From assembly GCA_964509685.1 (NCBI GenBank), contig CAZDYQ010000006.1:176-64175 (forward strand): 64,000 nt of DNA, read 5' to 3'. The position numbers and the translations under genes were made by a program. The notes below the pieces were generated by a model. The model saw only the letters and a program-made list of their open reading frames with translations, searched no databases and was not told where the DNA came from. The DNA is from an uncultured Burkholderiaceae bacterium (GTDB taxonomy: Bacteria > Pseudomonadota > Gammaproteobacteria > Burkholderiales > Burkholderiaceae_E). Every line of letters begins with the position of its first letter. Position 1 is the stretch's first letter. Shown here one piece after another: positions 40,418 through 49,771 of the stretch.

Positions 40418-41674
40418 ATGTCAGTAATCATCGACAGGCGACTGAACGATCGGAACAAGAGCGCGGTCAACCGCGCCCGCTTCATGCGCCGCTACAAGGC
40501 GCACCTCCAGCGCGCGGTGGCCGACATGGTCTCGCAGCGCTCCATCCGCGACATGGAGAGGGGCGGCACGGTGCACATCCCGCACCGTGACATTGCCGAG
40601 CCCGTCATCCGGCACGGCCCGGGCGGCGACCGCGAGATGGTCCATCCGCACAACCGCGAGTTCCAGCCCGGCGACCGCATCCGTCGCCCCCCCGGCGGCG
40701 CCGGCGGGCGCGGCAACGGCAGCGGCGAGGGCGGGGGCGACGCCGAGGACAGCTTCACGTTCACGCTGTCGCGGGAAGAGTTCATGAACCTCTTCCTCGA
40801 CGACCTCGAGCTGCCCAACATGGTGCGCAACGTGGTCGGCACCCTCAAGGAGAGCCGGCCGCAGCGCGCCGGCTATACGCCCCAGGGGTCCCCCACGAAC
40901 CTCGCGGTGGCGCGCTCGCTGCGCCAGGCGCTCGGGCGGCGCATCGCGCTGACGGGCAGTGCCCGGCGACGCCTCGCCGAGATCGAGGCGCGCGGCGGCG
41001 ACCTCGACGCCCAGGCGGCGGCCGACCCGGTGCTCGCCGAGGAGATCGCCGACCTGCGCCGGCGCATCGCGCGGGTGCCGTTCCTCGACGAGATCGACCT
41101 GCGCTACCGCCACCGGGTGATGGTGCCGCGACCGCTCAGCCAGGCGGTGATGTTCTGCCTGATGGACGTCTCGGCCTCGATGGACGAGCGCAAGAAGGAT
41201 CTCGCGAAGCGGTTCTACACCCTGCTCTACCTCTTCCTCGAGCGAAAGTACGAACATGTGGACGTGGTCTTCATCCGCCACACCGACGATGCCGAGGAGG
41301 TGGACGAGCAGCACTTCTTCCACGATCCCAAGACGGGCGGCACCGTGGTGTACTCCGCGCTGCACCTGATGGAGGAGATCATCGGCCAGCGCTATCCGGC
41401 CGAGCAGTGGAACATCTACGCGGCACAGGCTTCCGACGGCGACGCCTTCGGGGCCGACCCCGAAAAGAGCCGCAACTTCCTCGTCGAGAAGCTCCTGCCC
41501 AAGACGCGCTACTTCGCCTACATCGAGGTCGGCGACGAGGGCAGCACCCGGGCCTCGTCCCTGTCCGCCGCCTACCGTCGGATCGAGTCGTCACGCTTCG
41601 CCATGCGCGCCGTCCAGGAACGCGGCGACATCTACCCGGTCTTTCGCGAGCTGTTCGGCCGGCAGACTACCTGA
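40418..41674 (+). CDS. yeaH: YeaH/DUF444 protein (vWA-like).
   Basis: 418 aa. MSVIIDRRLNDRNKSAVNRARFMRRYK, FTFTLSREEFMNLFLDDLELPNM and FCLMDVSASMDE (MIDAS-like) are typical of the yeaH partner of prkA. Confidence 0.9.
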   Translation: MSVIIDRRLNDRNKSAVNRARFMRRYKAHLQRAVADMVSQRSIRDMERGGTVHIPHRDIAEPVIRHGPGGDREMVHPHNREFQPGDRIRRPPGGAGGRGNGSGEGGGDAEDSFTFTLSREEFMNLFLDDLELPNMVRNVVGTLKESRPQRAGYTPQGSPTNLAVARSLRQALGRRIALTGSARRRLAEIEARGGDLDAQAAADPVLAEEIADLRRRIARVPFLDEIDLRYRHRVMVPRPLSQAVMFCLMDVSASMDERKKDLAKRFYTLLYLFLERKYEHVDVVFIRHTDDAEEVDEQHFFHDPKTGGTVVYSALHLMEEIIGQRYPAEQWNIYAAQASDGDAFGADPEKSRNFLVEKLLPKTRYFAYIEVGDEGSTRASSLSAAYRRIESSRFAMRAVQERGDIYPVFRELFGRQTT

Positions 41675-41683
41675 AGGATCACG

Positions 41684-43189
41684 ATGGCCACGCGTACCCC
41701 GATTTCCACCGGCGCCGACTGGGACTTCGAGCTGCTCGCCCGCTACGACGAGGCAATCCGCGAGATCGCGGTCGGCGAGTTCGGGCTCGACTGCTATCCC
41801 AACCAGATCGAGGTGATCAGCTCCGAGCAGATGCTCGATGCCTACGCCTCGGTGGGTCTGCCGATCACCTACCCGCACTGGAGCTTCGGCAAGGCATTCA
41901 TCCGCGACGAGAAGGCCTACCGCGAAGGCGCCCGCGGCCTCGCCTACGAAATCGTCATCAATTCCAATCCCTGCATCGCCTACCTGATGGAGGAGAACCC
42001 GATAGCGCTGCAGGTGCTCGTGATCGCGCATGCCTGCTACGGGCACAACTCCTTCTTCAAGGGCAACTACCTCTTCCGCCAGTGGACGAGCGCCGACGCG
42101 ATCATCGACTACATGGTGTTCGCCCGGAAGTACATCATGGACTGCGAGGAGCGCCACGGCATCGAGGCCGTCGAGGAGGTGCTCGACGCCTGCCACAGCC
42201 TGATGGACTTCGGGGTCAGCCGCTATCCCCATCCGCCGAAGCTTTCCGCGGATGCCGAGCGCGCCCGCCAGCGCGAGCGCGAGGAGTACGCCTGGAGGCG
42301 GCACGACGAGATCTGGCGCACCCTGCCCCCGGCGCCGGCGCCCGCGGCGCCCGGCGAGGAGCGCGACACGCGGCTGCCGGGCGAGCCGCAGGAGAACCTG
42401 CTCTACTTCGTCGAAAAGTACTCGCCGAAGCTCGAGCCCTGGCAGCGCGAGGTGGTGCGCATCGTCCGCAAGCTGGCGCAGTACTTCTACCCCCAGGGCC
42501 TCACCAAGGTGATGAACGAGGGCTGGGCCACCTTCTGGCACTACACCATCCTCAACCGGCTCTATGACAAGGGGCTGGTCACGGACGGGCTCATGCTGGA
42601 GGTGCTGGCCTCGCACACCAACGTGGTGGCGCAGCGCGGGTTCGACGAGCGCGGCTACAGCGGGTTCAACCCATATGCCCTGGGCTTCGCCATGTTCCGC
42701 GACCTCCGCCGCATCTGCGAGGATCCGACCCCGGAGGATCGGGAGTGGTTCCCCGACATCGCGGGCAGCGACTGGCTACGCACGCTGGACTTCGCGATGC
42801 GCAACTACAAGGACGAGTCCTTCATCAACCAGTACCTCTCGCCGAAGCTGATCCGGGACTTCCGGCTGTTCGCGGTGGCCGACTACGAGGATCGCGAATA
42901 CCTCGAGATCGATTCCATCCACAACGAGCACGGCTACCGGCGGGTGCGCAAGCTCCTCTCCGAGCAGTACAACCGGGACAACCTCCTGCCGGACGTCCAG
43001 ATCGTCGGCTACGACCATGCCGGCGACCGCAGCCTGCGCGTCCAGCACCGCAGGCACCGGGGCCGCAACCTCTCGGGCGAGTCCGCCCGGGTGATGCGCA
43101 ATCTCCAGAAACTCTGGGGCTTCACCGTCTGGCTCGAAACGGTCGAGGAGGACGGCACGCTGGTGGATACGACCGAGTTCCCGGCCTGA
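41684..43189 (+). CDS. ycgB: SpoVR-family protein (YcgB).
   Basis: 501 aa. Conserved blocks YPNQIEVISSEQMLDAYASVGLPITYPHWSFGK, HACYGHNSFFKGN, MNEGWATFWHYTILNRLY. Confidence 0.9.
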   Translation: MATRTPISTGADWDFELLARYDEAIREIAVGEFGLDCYPNQIEVISSEQMLDAYASVGLPITYPHWSFGKAFIRDEKAYREGARGLAYEIVINSNPCIAYLMEENPIALQVLVIAHACYGHNSFFKGNYLFRQWTSADAIIDYMVFARKYIMDCEERHGIEAVEEVLDACHSLMDFGVSRYPHPPKLSADAERARQREREEYAWRRHDEIWRTLPPAPAPAAPGEERDTRLPGEPQENLLYFVEKYSPKLEPWQREVVRIVRKLAQYFYPQGLTKVMNEGWATFWHYTILNRLYDKGLVTDGLMLEVLASHTNVVAQRGFDERGYSGFNPYALGFAMFRDLRRICEDPTPEDREWFPDIAGSDWLRTLDFAMRNYKDESFINQYLSPKLIRDFRLFAVADYEDREYLEIDSIHNEHGYRRVRKLLSEQYNRDNLLPDVQIVGYDHAGDRSLRVQHRRHRGRNLSGESARVMRNLQKLWGFTVWLETVEEDGTLVDTTEFPA

Positions 43190-43195
43190 ACCTCC

Positions 43196-43813
43196 TCAGC
43201 CGACCGGCACCGTGGCGCGCATGGACGCGCGCTCGGCGAAGCGGTCGTACCAGGCGGCGAGCGCGGGGCGGTCGGTGCGCCAGCCGATGTCGGGATGGCG
43301 GAAATCCAGGTAGCCGAGAAGGCAGCCGGCGGCGATCGCGCCGAGGTCGGGCTTGTCGGCATCGCCCGGGGGATCGCCGAGGCTGCGCTCGAGCATGTCC
43401 ACCGCGCCCACGATCTTGGCGCGCTGGCCCGCCTGCCAGGCATCCCAGCGGAACGCCTCGGGCCGCAGGGCCTGCTCGTAGCGCAGCAGCACGGCCGCAT
43501 CGAGCGCGCCGTCGGCGAGCGCCTGCAGCGTAAGCACCCGCCAGCGCTCCGGCCCCTGCGCCGGCAGCATGCCACCGCCGGCAAGGCTGTCGAGGTACTC
43601 GCAGATCACGGGACTGTCGAAGAGCCAGGTGCCGTCGTCCGCCTGCAGGGCGGGCACCTTGCCGAGCGGATTCGCCGCCTCGAGCTCGGGGAGGCGATTG
43701 AGCACGCTGGGCGAAGCGGCGAGCTTCTCGATCCGTTCGTCGAGGCCGTGCTCGATCGCGACGACCATGCACTTGCGGACGAAGGGGGAACTGGGCGAAT
43801 GGAACAGCTTCAT
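43196..43813 (-). CDS. Glutathione S-transferase.
   Basis: Trimmed to MKLFHSPSSPFVRKCMVVAIEHGL at 43813. GKVPALQADDG and DSPVICEYLD belong to the GST N-terminal thioredoxin fold. Confidence 0.85.
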   Translation of the reverse strand: MKLFHSPSSPFVRKCMVVAIEHGLDERIEKLAASPSVLNRLPELEAANPLGKVPALQADDGTWLFDSPVICEYLDSLAGGGMLPAQGPERWRVLTLQALADGALDAAVLLRYEQALRPEAFRWDAWQAGQRAKIVGAVDMLERSLGDPPGDADKPDLGAIAAGCLLGYLDFRHPDIGWRTDRPALAAWYDRFAERASMRATVPVG

Positions 43814-43904
43814 GAAACGTCTCCTCGTCGGGTCGCTCCGGTGCGGGGCTCGCCCCGATGCTAACCGCAAGCGCCCCTACAATGGGCCACGCGAGAGGAG
43901 ATCG

Positions 43905-45110
43905 ATGCGAAAGATCGTGAAGGCCGCGCTCGGCCTGCTGCTGGTGCTGGTCGTTGCCGCGGTCGCCGGCTGGTTCAGCCTCGACAAGGAGACCCGGGGG
44001 CTCCTGGCGACCCTGCCGACCAACACCGACCTGCTGTTCTGGAACCAGAAGCAGCGCGACGCCGCCTTCCGCGCGCTCGACCGGCTGCCGGTCCTTGCGA
44101 AGTCGCGCGTGATCGCCGCGGGCGGCACGCCTCGGCCGCTGCCGCCCGGCCCGCCCCTCGAGCTGCCGATCGACCTCGATGCCTACATGGCGAGCCAGCG
44201 CAATGCGGCGCTGGTCGTGGTCCACGACGGCAAGCTGCGCCTGGAGCGCTACGGGCTCGCCTTCGATGCGAACGGTCGCTGGACGAGCTTCTCGGTGGCC
44301 AAGTCGATCACATCCACCCTGGTGGGCGCCGCGCTGCGCGACGGGCACATCCGCAGCATGGACGACCGCGTCAGCGACTATATCGCCGACATGAAGGGCT
44401 CGGCCTACGACGACGTCACCGTCCGCCAGCTGCTGACGATGACTTCGGGCGTGCAGTGGGACGAGGACTACGACGACCCCGAATCCGATGTGGCGCGCTT
44501 CAACAACCACGAGCCGCCGGCGGGCGTGGACGCCCTGGTGAGCTACATGCGCGACCTCCCGCGCGAGTCGCCGCCCGGAAGCCGCTGGAACTACAGCACG
44601 GGCGAGACCAATCTCGTCGGCATCCTGGTGGCGCGGGCGACCGGCAGGCCGCTTGCCGACTACCTGTCCGAGAAGATCTGGAAGCCGGCGGGGATGGAGC
44701 AGGACGCGACCTGGATCCTCGGCCGCACCGGCAGCGAGATCAGCGGCTGCTGCATCCAGGCCGCGCCGCGCGACTTCGCCCGCTTCGGCCTTTTCATCCT
44801 CGAGGGCGCCCGGGCGGACGGCCAGTCCATCGTGCCCGAGGGCTGGCTCGAGGAAGCCACGACGCGCCAGGCGGACATCGGCGTGCCGGGCCGGGGCTAC
44901 GGCTACCAGTGGTGGACCCTCGACGACGGCAGTTTCATGGCGCGCGGCATCTTCGGGCAGGGCATCTTCATCGACCCGAAGCGCAGGCTCGTCATCGCCT
45001 CCAACGCGAACTGGGCGGGCGGGGCGCGCGACCCGGCGGCCATGCGGGCGCGCGACGAGTTCTACCGGGCGGTGCAGGCGGCCGTGGACGCGGAAACGGC
45101 CAGCCGCTGA
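43905..45110 (+). CDS. Serine hydrolase (beta-lactamase/PBP4* family), membrane-anchored.
   Basis: Trimmed to MRKIVKAALGLLLVLVVAAVAGW at 43905, preceded by GAGAGGAG. SxxK motif SVAKS; also YSTGETNL. Confidence 0.8.
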   Translation: MRKIVKAALGLLLVLVVAAVAGWFSLDKETRGLLATLPTNTDLLFWNQKQRDAAFRALDRLPVLAKSRVIAAGGTPRPLPPGPPLELPIDLDAYMASQRNAALVVVHDGKLRLERYGLAFDANGRWTSFSVAKSITSTLVGAALRDGHIRSMDDRVSDYIADMKGSAYDDVTVRQLLTMTSGVQWDEDYDDPESDVARFNNHEPPAGVDALVSYMRDLPRESPPGSRWNYSTGETNLVGILVARATGRPLADYLSEKIWKPAGMEQDATWILGRTGSEISGCCIQAAPRDFARFGLFILEGARADGQSIVPEGWLEEATTRQADIGVPGRGYGYQWWTLDDGSFMARGIFGQGIFIDPKRRLVIASNANWAGGARDPAAMRARDEFYRAVQAAVDAETASR

Positions 45111-45114
45111 CGCG

Positions 45115-45603
45115 TCACACCGGGCGGACCAGCACCTCGCCCTCGATCTCGACCGGAATGCCGAAGGGCAGCTCGGCCATGCCGACCGCGCTGCGCGCAT
45201 GGGCCCCGCGCTCCTCGCCGAAGACCTCGAGGATGAGGTCGCTGAAGCCGTTGATGACGGCGGGCTGGCGGCCGAATCCCGGCGCGGAATTGACCATGCC
45301 GAGGATCCGCACCCATGCGACGATGCGGTCGAGGCTGCCGAGTTCGCGCTGCAGGCTCCCGAGGATGGCGAGGCCCGTGAGCCGCGCCGCCTCGTACGCC
45401 TGGGCCTCGGTCACTTCCGCCCCCACCTTGCCGAGCGGCCTGGCCATCGTGCCGTCCGCGTTCGTGGGGCCATGACCGGAGATCAGCGCGCGGTCGCCCA
45501 CGATGCGAACCCAGGGAAAGGGCAGCTTCGCACCCGGCGGGAGTTTCAGCGGTTCGGGCAGCTGCAGCCCGAGGGCGCGCAGTCGCTCGTCGATCGTGCT
45601 CAC
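45115..45603 (-). CDS. RidA/YjgF-family protein.
   Basis: GTG start at 45603 is preceded by AGGAG; the adjacent ATG runs straight into TGA. ISGHGP and SAVGMAELPFGIPVEIEGEV are typical of the family. Confidence 0.8.
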   Translation of the reverse strand: MSTIDERLRALGLQLPEPLKLPPGAKLPFPWVRIVGDRALISGHGPTNADGTMARPLGKVGAEVTEAQAYEAARLTGLAILGSLQRELGSLDRIVAWVRILGMVNSAPGFGRQPAVINGFSDLILEVFGEERGAHARSAVGMAELPFGIPVEIEGEVLVRPV

Positions 45604-45640
45604 ATCGTGACTCCTGTCCAACAAGGCGTCGGCCGTTGCT

Positions 45641-46447
45641 TCACTTGCCAAGATACACCGAGACCCCGAACCCGCCCTGCCAGTCGTCGGCATGCCCGCC
45701 GAGGCGACGGCGCACGCCGACGTCGAGCTGGACGCGCGGCGTGAGCTGCCAGGTCATGCCGATGCCGCCCATGCTGCCGTTCCCCGTGCCGGCGAGATGC
45801 TGCACGGCGAGCTCCACGAACATGCCCATCGCCGAACCGAGCGGCCAGGACGTGTTGACGGCGAGCAGCCGGCTGTCCGTCTCGCCGTCGATCGCCTCGA
45901 GATAGAGACCCGAGGTGCGGTCCGCCCCGTGGTCCCATTCGAGGGCGGCGCCCAGCGTGTACTGGCGCTCGGGATTGCGAAAATCGTTCTCGCCGTCGGT
46001 CAGCTCGACGCCCGCGAGGACGCCCCAGGCGACCTCGCCCGCGGCCGACCGCGCGTACTTCACCGCGAGCCCGGTATTGGCGCGACCGTGGCGGGCCGGC
46101 CCCGGCCCGTCGAGCCGGTTCCAGCCGGTGTCGAGCTGCAGTTCCAGCGAACGGCCGACACCGATGCGCAGCAGCGCGTCCGCGTTGTAGAGCGATGCGC
46201 CGTCGTCCCGGCTCCAGTCGGGCAGGCCGAGTTCCAGCGTGGCATCGCCCGCCTGCAGCACCGACGGCGAGAAGCCGATGCCGGGCCGGTCGTATCCGGG
46301 GTTGCTTCCCTCCTGGGCGATTGCGGGCGCCCCCGCGAGTCCCGCCATGCAGAGTGCAACGACCGCGGCCGCCCGGCGACGGGGCCTGCCGACCGGATGG
46401 CGTCGCGCGGCATCCGCCGGTTCCCGGCGCTCGATACCCATGCTCAT
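45641..46447 (-). CDS. Putative outer-membrane beta-barrel protein (possibly MetA-pathway/transporter-like family).
   Basis: 268 aa with a signal peptide (AAVVALCMAGLAGAPAIA), alternating beta-strand-like sequence and an aromatic-rich C-terminus GGFGVSVYLGK. The family assignment is tentative. Confidence 0.45.
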   Translation of the reverse strand: MSMGIERREPADAARRHPVGRPRRRAAAVVALCMAGLAGAPAIAQEGSNPGYDRPGIGFSPSVLQAGDATLELGLPDWSRDDGASLYNADALLRIGVGRSLELQLDTGWNRLDGPGPARHGRANTGLAVKYARSAAGEVAWGVLAGVELTDGENDFRNPERQYTLGAALEWDHGADRTSGLYLEAIDGETDSRLLAVNTSWPLGSAMGMFVELAVQHLAGTGNGSMGGIGMTWQLTPRVQLDVGVRRRLGGHADDWQGGFGVSVYLGK

Positions 46448-46668
46448 GCCGGACCTCCTGTTCGTTCATCGCGCGCGACTTCGCGCGCCTGCCGTTCCTG
46501 TCAGGCGCACGAGGACGAGCGAGATGCGAAAGACCATGCGAACGCCTGCCGACGAGTCGGGACTTTCCGATCATCGTCCAGGATGGCGCCTCGCGGTGGA
46601 CTTTCTTCCATGCCCTCCCCGGCGGCGCGGCGGGGCCGCGATGCCGGGGCGATCGGGCGACGGACCCG

Positions 46669-47202
46669 TCAGGCCAGCTCGGGAATGACCGCCAGGAGGT
46701 CGGTCACGCCGATGTCCACCCCCGCCTGGAAGAGCAGCGTGCTTGCCTGGCCCCGGTGATGCGTCTGGTGGTTGAAGAAATGAAGCACCAGGTGACCGAG
46801 AGTGCGGTTCCAGGGCTGTCCCGCCATGTTCCGGTAGGCCAGCGGTGCCGCGAGCCGTTCGGTGGTGAGGGCGCCCGCCCACCGGACGACGAGCTCGTCC
46901 AGCTCGTGGCGACGCCGGGCGAGCGCCGGCAGGGATTCCGCCATCTCCTGCCGCAGCGAGGTGGGCAACGGCCAGCCGGCCAGCCCGGCGCGCAGCTCGG
47001 CGGCATCGGGTTGCCGGGCGAAGCGGTGCAGCCAGATCGCGTCGGCCACCAGGATGTGGTTCAGCGTTTCCAGGATCGAACCGAAGAACGCGCCGCGATC
47101 CCTCTTCACCTCGGCTTCGGGCAGGCTGGCGGCCGCCTCGTACATGCGCCGGTTCATCCAGCGGTTGTACTCGGCCATCAGTTTCGCTGCATCCGGCGTC
47201 AT
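46669..47202 (-). CDS. DinB-family (DinB/YfiT-like) metal-dependent protein.
   Basis: Trimmed to MTPDAAKLMAEYNRWMNRRMYEAA at 47202. His-triad context LNHILVADAIWLHRF and HFFNHQTHHRGQ. Confidence 0.75.
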   Translation of the reverse strand: MTPDAAKLMAEYNRWMNRRMYEAAASLPEAEVKRDRGAFFGSILETLNHILVADAIWLHRFARQPDAAELRAGLAGWPLPTSLRQEMAESLPALARRRHELDELVVRWAGALTTERLAAPLAYRNMAGQPWNRTLGHLVLHFFNHQTHHRGQASTLLFQAGVDIGVTDLLAVIPELA

Positions 47203-47325
47203 TGTCGTGGCTCCAGGTTGCGTCGTCGCGCGGGCGGGCGTCGCAGGGCCCGCGCCGCGAGCGACCCAGCGTAGCAGGCGCGCCCGCCGCCATGCATGCG
47301 CATGCGGAATGCCTGACGCGCGCGA

Positions 47326-48441
47326 ATGCCGGCCATGCGCAATAATCCGCCTCCCATGCCCACGCAGCGTCATGCCCGACCGGCCGCCCTCGCCCGCCTT
47401 CGCCAGATGGAGCGCATGGGCCTGCGCGGTCCGTCGCTCGCCGGGCCGGTCCTGCGGGCGCTGCGCGGACTGGTCGGATTCGACGCCGGCGGCTATGTGC
47501 ATCCCGGCAGCGACGGCCAGCTGGACGTCCACATGGAAGCGCCGGAGCTGCGCGCGCGGGTGCCCGACTATTTCACGCCCGCGATCCTGCGCAGCGAACG
47601 TGCCCTCTTCCGTCGCAGCCTGCGCCAGTTCGACGAGGCAGTGCGGCATGAACGCGGGCCGCAGGTGCTCGAGCAACTCCTGAAGGTGCCCTACGGGTCG
47701 CTGCTGCGCAGCGACTTCTACGACGTGCTCCTGCGCCCGGCGGGCGTCACCACATGGGCGAGCATGGTGCTGCGCACGCCGCGGGGCGAAGGCGTGGGAA
47801 CGCTCATCCTGTACCGGACGGGGCGATCGATCCCGTTTCGCCGCGAGGAGCTGCACGCGCTCGCCGCGCTGGAGACGGGCCTCGCCGGCCTCCTGCAGCC
47901 GGCGCAATGGCAGCCGGGGCCCGGCACGATCGTCGCCAGCGGCCTCCTGGTGGTCTCGATGCAGGGCCGCGTCCGGTGGCTCTCGTCCGAGGCCGACGAG
48001 CTGATGCGGCGCGCATTCGACTGGCGCTGGCGCGGTCCCGCGGGCTCGCTCCCCGATGCCGTGCGGGCCACGCTGCCCCGGCCGGACGATGAAGCGCCCC
48101 GGGCGGGGCCGCGGACGCTGCGGATCTGCACCGCGCACGGGCGGTTCGTGCTGCGCGCGCAGCCCATGACGGCGGCGCGCGGGCGGCCCGGTGCCGTGGC
48201 CCTGGAGATCTCGCGCTACGCCACGGGGGAGGACCGGCTCCTTGCGGCGCTCGAACGACTCGGGTTGCCGGCACGCCAGCACGAGCTGGCGTGGTGGCTC
48301 GCTCGCGGGCTGTCCGAGGCGCGGATCGCCGAGCGCATGGGCGTGAGCCCGAACACGGTGGTCTACCACCGCCGCCAGCTGTACAACCGGCTCGGCCTCG
48401 CCGACAGGCAGGCGCTCCTGCGCCGGCTGGACGAAGCCTGA
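47326..48441 (+). CDS. LuxR-family transcriptional regulator with an uncharacterised N-terminal sensor domain.
   Basis: C-terminal HTH: ARQHELAWWLARGLSEARIAERMGVSPNTVVYHRRQLYNRLGL. The start is uncertain; 47326 is the longest option. Confidence 0.75.
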   Translation: MPAMRNNPPPMPTQRHARPAALARLRQMERMGLRGPSLAGPVLRALRGLVGFDAGGYVHPGSDGQLDVHMEAPELRARVPDYFTPAILRSERALFRRSLRQFDEAVRHERGPQVLEQLLKVPYGSLLRSDFYDVLLRPAGVTTWASMVLRTPRGEGVGTLILYRTGRSIPFRREELHALAALETGLAGLLQPAQWQPGPGTIVASGLLVVSMQGRVRWLSSEADELMRRAFDWRWRGPAGSLPDAVRATLPRPDDEAPRAGPRTLRICTAHGRFVLRAQPMTAARGRPGAVALEISRYATGEDRLLAALERLGLPARQHELAWWLARGLSEARIAERMGVSPNTVVYHRRQLYNRLGLADRQALLRRLDEA

Positions 48442-48460
48442 ACGGCGCCCGCAGCCGCGC

Positions 48461-48916
48461 TCAGCGAGTCGCGCCCAGGCGTGCGCGCATCAGCTCGACG
48501 TTGGCGCGCTGCTCCGGCGTCAGCCCCGGCATCGGCTTCGCGCCGGGCATGCCCTCGGCCGCGAGCACCATCCCGGCGTGCAGCGCCGCGAGCACGGCGG
48601 CGGCGTATTCGCGGCTGCCGAGGTTCAGGCGCGCCAGCGCGGCCCGCACGCGTGGATCGGCATCGAGCCTGCGGGCGAGGTCCTCGACGGACTCCACGTC
48701 CGCACCGTCGTCCTCCTCGTCGTCGTCCTCGCCCCCGGAGTCGACCGCGCCCGCCCGCGGCCCGAGCTCGGCCGCCACCGCCTCCATGCGATCGAGCAGT
48801 TCGCCGGTGAGCCGGAACGTCGCCGGATCCGTTCCGCCGGCCGCCCGGGCGCCGGACTGGGGGTCGAGGAAGGCGAGGGCCAGCACGGCCATCGCGGCGG
48901 TGAAGAAGCGCAACAT
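48461..48916 (-). CDS. Hypothetical small secreted protein with an acidic stretch.
   Basis: Trimmed to MLRFFTAAMAVLALAFLDPQSGARA (signal peptide), preceded by AAGGAA. It contains GGEDDDEEDDGADVESVED. No family recognised. Confidence 0.5.
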   Translation of the reverse strand: MLRFFTAAMAVLALAFLDPQSGARAAGGTDPATFRLTGELLDRMEAVAAELGPRAGAVDSGGEDDDEEDDGADVESVEDLARRLDADPRVRAALARLNLGSREYAAAVLAALHAGMVLAAEGMPGAKPMPGLTPEQRANVELMRARLGATR

Positions 48917-49050
48917 GAGGGTTTCCTTGCGAGGTGCGACGCGCCTTTCGGCGCCGGGAGTCGAGCCCGCGAGTCTGGCGCAGGGCGGACGGCCGCGCCC
49001 CACCCCGGCGGGGTAGTTGCTCGCGGGGGGAGCCGGGCGCAGGGCCGCGG

Positions 49051-49740
49051 TCAGTGCGCCATCGCCCTGCCCGCCAGGATGTCCCGCAGGTACTCGGGCC
49101 CGCCGTCCGGCCCTATGTAGTGCCGGTAGGCCGTGACGCCGAAACGCATCGGCTCGAACAGATGGAAGGCCGCGGACAGCCGGGGCGTCCGCTCCGGCTC
49201 CGTTTCCGGGATGGCCGCGAGGATTCGTTCCCGAAGCCCGGGGTCCATCGTGGAGAACATCGTCACGTAGGCGATGTACTCGTGCGCCTCGACGCTCGGC
49301 ATGCGGACGGCGAAGTTGCCCGATGCGAGCGCATGGGCGACCTCGTGCGCCGCGAGGCTCCGGTAGAGCCGCCTGTCGATCGGCACGCCGAACCACGTGC
49401 CGATCTTGCGGAACTCGGCATAGGGCAGCATGAGGATCCTGCCCTCGCGCGCCAGGAAGCCGCCCGCCGCGCCCGGCCCCACGGCCTGCTGCAGCACGTC
49501 CTGCACATGGATCTCGACGGGCATGTCGGCGAGGAGGCGCGTCGCCCGGAAGAACCCGATCGCGTCAGCCGCGCCCCCGCAGGCGTCGGCCACGTCCTCC
49601 CCCGCGGCGGCGAACACCCCGACCTCGCCCGCCTCGCACATCGCCGTCCCGGCCCCGGCCAGCGCCGCATCGAGGCGAAGGGCCAGGCACAGGCCGGCGC
49701 ACCGCGCGCAGGTCCGCAGGACGGAGGAGGCGACCGGCAT
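49051..49740 (-). CDS. Hypothetical exported protein with an HExxH zinc-metallopeptidase-like motif.
   Basis: Trimmed to MPVASSVLRTCARCAGLCLALRLDAALAGAG at 49740, 31 nt after the TonB-dependent transporter stop. It contains AAHEVAHAL and, 15 to 18 residues later, VEAHEYIAY. No family recognised. Confidence 0.55.
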   Translation of the reverse strand: MPVASSVLRTCARCAGLCLALRLDAALAGAGTAMCEAGEVGVFAAAGEDVADACGGAADAIGFFRATRLLADMPVEIHVQDVLQQAVGPGAAGGFLAREGRILMLPYAEFRKIGTWFGVPIDRRLYRSLAAHEVAHALASGNFAVRMPSVEAHEYIAYVTMFSTMDPGLRERILAAIPETEPERTPRLSAAFHLFEPMRFGVTAYRHYIGPDGGPEYLRDILAGRAMAH

Positions 49741-49771
49741 GATGGACCATTCGCTACCAGCGGCGAGACTT

